Assembly (NCBI GenBank): GCA_963695875.1
Contig: CAVOID010000011.1
Span: forward strand, 160,001 to 224,000
Reading direction: 5' to 3'
Length of the DNA: 64,000 nucleotides
DNA from: an uncultured delta proteobacterium
GTDB taxonomy: Bacteria; Desulfobacterota; Syntrophia; Syntrophales; UBA2185
Made by a program: the position numbers and the translations under genes. This document shows, piece by piece, positions 60,003 to 64,000 of this stretch. Every line of letters begins with the position of its first letter. The first letter of the stretch is position 1. The notes beneath the pieces are model-generated. The model did not search any database and had not been told where the DNA came from. It saw only the letters and a program-made list of their open reading frames with translations.

Positions 60003-60188
60003 ATGGACGGAAACGTGACTAGCACAAAAGAGAAAGAAATTATCGTTTTTTGCGAGAAACAAATCGCAAGGAAACTTTATAATAGAATAGACCTTTTGGA
60101 AAAATTAGTTTTTACTCTAAACGAAAAAGTTGAAAAATTAGAAGAATTAATAAAGATTAAAAATAAATTTACAGATTGGAAAGCTTGA
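60003..60188 (+). CDS. Small coiled-coil hypothetical protein
   Basis: RBS GGAGG; heptad-like pattern. Confidence 0.45.
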   Translation: MDGNVTSTKEKEIIVFCEKQIARKLYNRIDLLEKLVFTLNEKVEKLEELIKIKNKFTDWKA

Positions 60189-60488
60189 CAATCTCGGTTT
60201 CACCCTTTGTAGGCGAAAGCAACTTTTTTAAATCGCCATCTTTCGGTTTGCTGGCTGCCCTACCGCCCCTTGTGCGGACCGGTGTTTCATTTCAGTTTTC
60301 TGCTAGGGCATATAGTAAAGCCTTGACCTCTTCCTGCAATGTTGATTTCCCAATTTTGCTCGTCCATTAAACCTTTCAATCATTAATCATTAAATTCGAT
60401 TTACAATAGAGCAGAACCACAAATGAAAATGTGATATAGAATATAAGAAGAGGTCAGTAAGAATAAAACCGGATAAAAATTAACCCTT

Positions 60489-61109
60489 ATGGGCTACACC
60501 ATTTTTGATATTCCAATTTTGAGAAGTCTCCTGCAGGGACTTTCCATTTGTATTTTAAGAAGCTGTGGATGGCGCATAGAAGGCCGACCGCCCGATATCC
60601 CCAAATTTGTCATAATTGCAGCACCTCATACCTCAAACTGGGATTTCCCCATCGGAATGGCCTTCCTGCTGGCCTTTAAACTAAAATTCAGTTTATTAGG
60701 AAAGGATTCTATTTTCCGTTGGCCTTTTGGAGGTTTTCTTAAATGGATGGGTCTTATTCCCATCAATCGCTCGAAATCCTGTGATGTAGTTGCACAATCG
60801 ATCCAAGTCTTCAAAGACAATAGAAAAATGGTAATGGTAGTCACTCCGGAGGGAACAAGAAAAAAAGATATTTACTGGAAAACAGGATTTTATCACATTG
60901 CTAGAGGCGCGAATGTTCCAATTGTCATGGGTTTTCTTGATTATGTAAGAAAAGCGGGAGGGATCGGACCCACGCTAATGCCGACCGGAGACATTGAATT
61001 CGATATGGAGAAGATTCGTCGCTTCTATGATAAAATATCAGGCAAAATTCCTGAAAAATCTACCCCGGCAATAATTGCACCCCGGAGTGGAGAAAATCTC
61101 AAAATGTGA
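60489..61109 (+). CDS. Lysophospholipid acyltransferase (PlsC family)
   Basis: APHTSNWD, PEGTR, WKTGFYHIA. Confidence 0.92.
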   Translation: MGYTIFDIPILRSLLQGLSICILRSCGWRIEGRPPDIPKFVIIAAPHTSNWDFPIGMAFLLAFKLKFSLLGKDSIFRWPFGGFLKWMGLIPINRSKSCDVVAQSIQVFKDNRKMVMVVTPEGTRKKDIYWKTGFYHIARGANVPIVMGFLDYVRKAGGIGPTLMPTGDIEFDMEKIRRFYDKISGKIPEKSTPAIIAPRSGENLKM

Positions 61110-61465
61110 TATGCTGAAGATTCCTTAATACCATATTCATTGACCCATATCCCATACCCCGGTCCATATTTTGTGAGAATAGCTTCCTGAAACTGTGTTT
61201 TTCTAATTCTGACAATACATACAATATATCAATCGGTAATAAACAAAAGACCTTACACCTGAAGCAAACATCTCTTTAGCAACATCCTTTCTATTTACCA
61301 TTATCAATCAGCATTTTCGAAGTCTGTGGTAAGTATTCTCGAAGCCATGAATAAGGTTATTCCCGATTGTGGATAATTGTATGTTTATGTAGTCTTTATA
61401 TATTCAATCTATAAATTATGGTGGCAATTTAACAGGAGCTTTAGACATCAATAAGGAGGCTATTA

Positions 61466-61984
61466 ATGAAAGACCGACTGAATGCACTGAAGGTGGCACT
61501 AAACAACGAAATGAGGGAACATGAATTTTATCTCAAAAATGCGGAGAGAACCAAGAATCCAGTCGGCAAGACTATGTTTCAGCAAATAGCCGGTGAAGAG
61601 CTGGAACACTACGAAAGACTTAAGCAACTCCACGAGAATTGGCAGAAGGACAAGAAATGGCCTGAAACCGTTCCCCTCAAGGTGAAGGGCACAATTGTCA
61701 GAACCCTCGTGAAGGAGGCAGCAAAAAATGCCCCTGCAAAAGCAAAGGGAGATGCAGATGATCTGAAGGCCATTCAGACGGCCATCGAATTTGAGGCCAA
61801 GGGCACGGATTATTATGCAAAGCTTCGTGATGAAGTTGCCGACCCGAAAGAAAGGGCATTTTTCGGTCTTCTTGCCAATATTGAACACGAACACTACGTA
61901 TCTCTCAAAGACACAGAGCAATATATGATTGATCCTGCGACTTGGTTTAGAGAAAAAGAAGAAGGTGGTCTGGATGGTGGCTGA
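61466..61984 (+). CDS. Ferritin-like/rubrerythrin family protein
   Basis: Duplicated E...FY...ExxH pattern (EELEHY, EHEHY). Confidence 0.9.
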   Translation: MKDRLNALKVALNNEMREHEFYLKNAERTKNPVGKTMFQQIAGEELEHYERLKQLHENWQKDKKWPETVPLKVKGTIVRTLVKEAAKNAPAKAKGDADDLKAIQTAIEFEAKGTDYYAKLRDEVADPKERAFFGLLANIEHEHYVSLKDTEQYMIDPATWFREKEEGGLDGG

Positions 61985-62049
61985 AAAAAACCAGAAAAAG
62001 GAGATTGTATACGTTAAGGACCCTATTACAGGCGAGAAAAGGAGGGAAT

Positions 62050-62472
62050 ATGGCTGATTTGAAAGAAATGATTTACGATATAATTAAAGGCTACCAGATT
62101 GTTTCTTTAGCAACACTTACGGAAGACGGCAAACCGTGGGTCCGTCATGTGCTGATGGTTGGAGAAAAGGACTTCACCATGAAATTCACTACATCGATGA
62201 AGTCCCGCAAGGTTAATCACATAAAGAACAACGGGGAAGTCCATATATTATGCGGTGTATCAAGCCTGGAAACAGCAAAACAGTATCTGCAGATACAGGG
62301 GAAGGCGATAATCTCCAGCGATGCTGCACTTCGAAAAGAGATGTGGAAGGACTTTATGACAAAGTATTTCAGCGGTCCCGATGATCCGGACTATGTTGTT
62401 GGCATTGTTAAACCTTACCACATTGAGCTATTTACGTTGCCCAGCCGAAAGCCTGAAATTTGGGAAGGGTAA
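62050..62472 (+). CDS. Pyridoxamine 5'-phosphate oxidase-like (general stress protein 26) protein
   Basis: SLATLTEDGKPWVR, SRKV, YFSGPDDPDY. Confidence 0.88.
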   Translation: MADLKEMIYDIIKGYQIVSLATLTEDGKPWVRHVLMVGEKDFTMKFTTSMKSRKVNHIKNNGEVHILCGVSSLETAKQYLQIQGKAIISSDAALRKEMWKDFMTKYFSGPDDPDYVVGIVKPYHIELFTLPSRKPEIWEG

Positions 62473-62479
62473 GAAAATG

Positions 62480-62662
62480 TATCTTGTATTCGACGATCGG
62501 CATCAGGATGATGATCCCCGGTCCCTTTGTGTCGATGATCCTCCCCAGACAAAAGATAACGGCCCGTTGATACTCGTTGAGGATCCGGATGGCCGACGAT
62601 AGGAACAAGACAACCAGAACAACCACTACGATTACTGGGATTACTGGATATATATCCGACAT
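62480..62662 (-). pseudogene. Truncated SPFH/stomatin (slipin) gene
   Basis: RBS AGGAGG; SAIRILNEYQRAVIFCLGRII..KGPGIIILMPIV, then similarity ends. Confidence 0.8.
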
Positions 62663-62698
62663 GACTGACCTCCTGTCATTTTTCGGGGGGTTTTGCAA

Positions 62699-62844
62699 AG
62701 TGATATTTTCAAGGTTTACTATCTCAAACGAAGGAGGGATTGCCTTATAAAATGGCGGTACTGGCCACCGCGCATAAATTGATCCGTGTCATCTATGTTA
62801 TGCTGACAGGACGGACAACTTTTTGTCCTCAGATGAATTCGTGA
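62699..62844 (+). pseudogene. IS110-family transposase C-terminal remnant
   Basis: DIFKVYYLKR / EGLPYKMAVLATAHKLIRVIYVML across one frameshift. Confidence 0.65.
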
Positions 62845-62997
62845 TAGTTGACTGTAACAGAGTATCCAACAATTCTAAGGAAACTCTACTCTTTCCGACG
62901 GTAATCATCAGACTTCAAACTTACTAGGCCTTAAGATGTAATACCTCCAACTACGTGTATATCACATTTAGAACCCATACAAAACTACGAGATGTCA

Positions 62998-63444
62998 TTA
63001 AATATCAAGTGCTTGCATGCGCATAAAGTTCAGGCGTTCCACCGCGGCTTCGGCGATGCGACGGAACAAGAGGTAACCCAGCCGATTATCTTGATCGCAC
63101 AATAAGCGTAGCGACGAGGCATCAATTTTGAGAACGTGGCAAGGCGTTATGGCACGTACCGCGTGCATGAGAATGTGCGGGGGAATCAACGCCGAGATTG
63201 CAAATGGCTCGCCAGGGCCGAGTTCGCCAATCAACAACTCCTGGCTGGTTTCGCTGAGAGAGCTAAAATACAAACCTACACTCCCCTCGAGCAGGAGATA
63301 CAGTGCGTCCGCCGGTTTGCCTGCCTCGAAAAAAGTCGTCCCGGCTTTGCAGCGGATTTCTTTGGTAATTTGCGCGAGCGCTATTCGCTGGTTTTCATCT
63401 AATGAGGCAAAGAACGGACACAGCAGTAATTCTTGTGAGACCAT
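62998..63444 (-). CDS. Stand-alone cyclic nucleotide-binding domain protein
   Basis: PFFASLDE, GKPADALYLLLEGSV, GEPFAISAL. Confidence 0.88.
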   Translation of the reverse strand: MVSQELLLCPFFASLDENQRIALAQITKEIRCKAGTTFFEAGKPADALYLLLEGSVGLYFSSLSETSQELLIGELGPGEPFAISALIPPHILMHAVRAITPCHVLKIDASSLRLLCDQDNRLGYLLFRRIAEAAVERLNFMRMQALDI

Positions 63445-63556
63445 ACGCCATTCCTCCTGTTTTTTCAGTTGAGTGCCCCAGTTTCTCCCAATTTACTCAC
63501 ACACTGCAATTCCATTATAGAAGCATCATAATGATTGTCAACATATTAGTGAACTT

Positions 63557-63661
63557 TGTCAGGAGCAAGTAATATGTCCGCTATTGTAACACGTAAACTG
63601 TCCGGTTTAAGATGTCACCAGGAGGTGACGGATGCAACGGACAGAGATGCTACAGGAGGTA
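63557..63661 (+). mobile_element. Left end and first codons of an ISNCY-like element
   Basis: TGTCA start, tandem TGTCCG boxes, RBS AGGAGG, MQRTEMLQEV. Confidence 0.55.
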
Positions 63662-63795
63662 AATAAATTAACTTATGATGCTTTTAAGCCGTAATCGTCA
63701 ACTTCTTTTGCAATTTGTTTCGAGGACTTGTAGGTGGAGACAATAACCGGCATATTTCATTTTTTCTTTTATCACTGCTGCGCATTACGGGATGA

Positions 63796-63953
63796 AAGCT
63801 TCTATACAAACTCATCAACCGTAAATCTCGCTTTCAAAAAAACAATTAACCCGTAAAAATAAAGGATGTGAATAAGAAGGTGTAAAATTCAACCATATAT
63901 TTTCATAAAAAAGAAATATTTTTAAGATTATTACCATTATCTTAAAGATAATC
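63796..63953. repeat. ~160 bp AT-rich direct repeat, copy 2
   Basis: Aligns with 37731-37891 in the same orientation. Confidence 0.85.
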
Positions 63954-64000
63954 GGTATTCGTGAAAGAATTCTTGCAACACTTGTTAACACCTACACTTA

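Noticed and set aside
1..64000. Many antisense and overlapping ORFs in the six-frame track
   Set aside because: They shadow well-supported genes and lack recognisable motifs.

Overview
Bacterial chromosomal window, probably from an anaerobic deltaproteobacterium (Syntrophales-like; inferred only from gene content). 1-3.7 kb holds housekeeping genes: proA, nadD and a TPM/nucleotidyltransferase/LemA cluster. 3.7-37.9 kb is a mixed accessory region. It has nitroreductases, an ExeA-type ATPase, two ComEA paralogs, CstA with a BtsSR-like system and matching operator, a metallophosphoesterase-nucleotidyltransferase fusion, sensor kinases, AsmA, an RNB nuclease and a CoA-transferase, plus many small palindromic or MITE-like elements. 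The main feature is a ~20 kb minus-strand bacterial microcompartment (BMC) locus at 38054-57862, built around a B12-dependent diol dehydratase (pduABCDEGH, pduK-like, eutJ, flavoprotein, pduN, pduO, pduP, pduS, pduT). It differs from the enteric pdu locus in four ways. It starts with glycerol dehydrogenase and a DUF1097 membrane protein. It is preceded by a PocR-domain histidine kinase and a NarL-type regulator with a visible tandem operator. It has no pduL, pduQ, pduW or pduF. It encodes a CcmP-like tandem-domain shell protein. An imperfect ~160 bp direct repeat brackets the block (37.7 and 63.8 kb). Several genes carry single-base frameshifts in short homopolymers, most likely assembly errors. 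No rRNA, tRNA or CRISPR array was seen. All family assignments come from motif recognition, not database searches.
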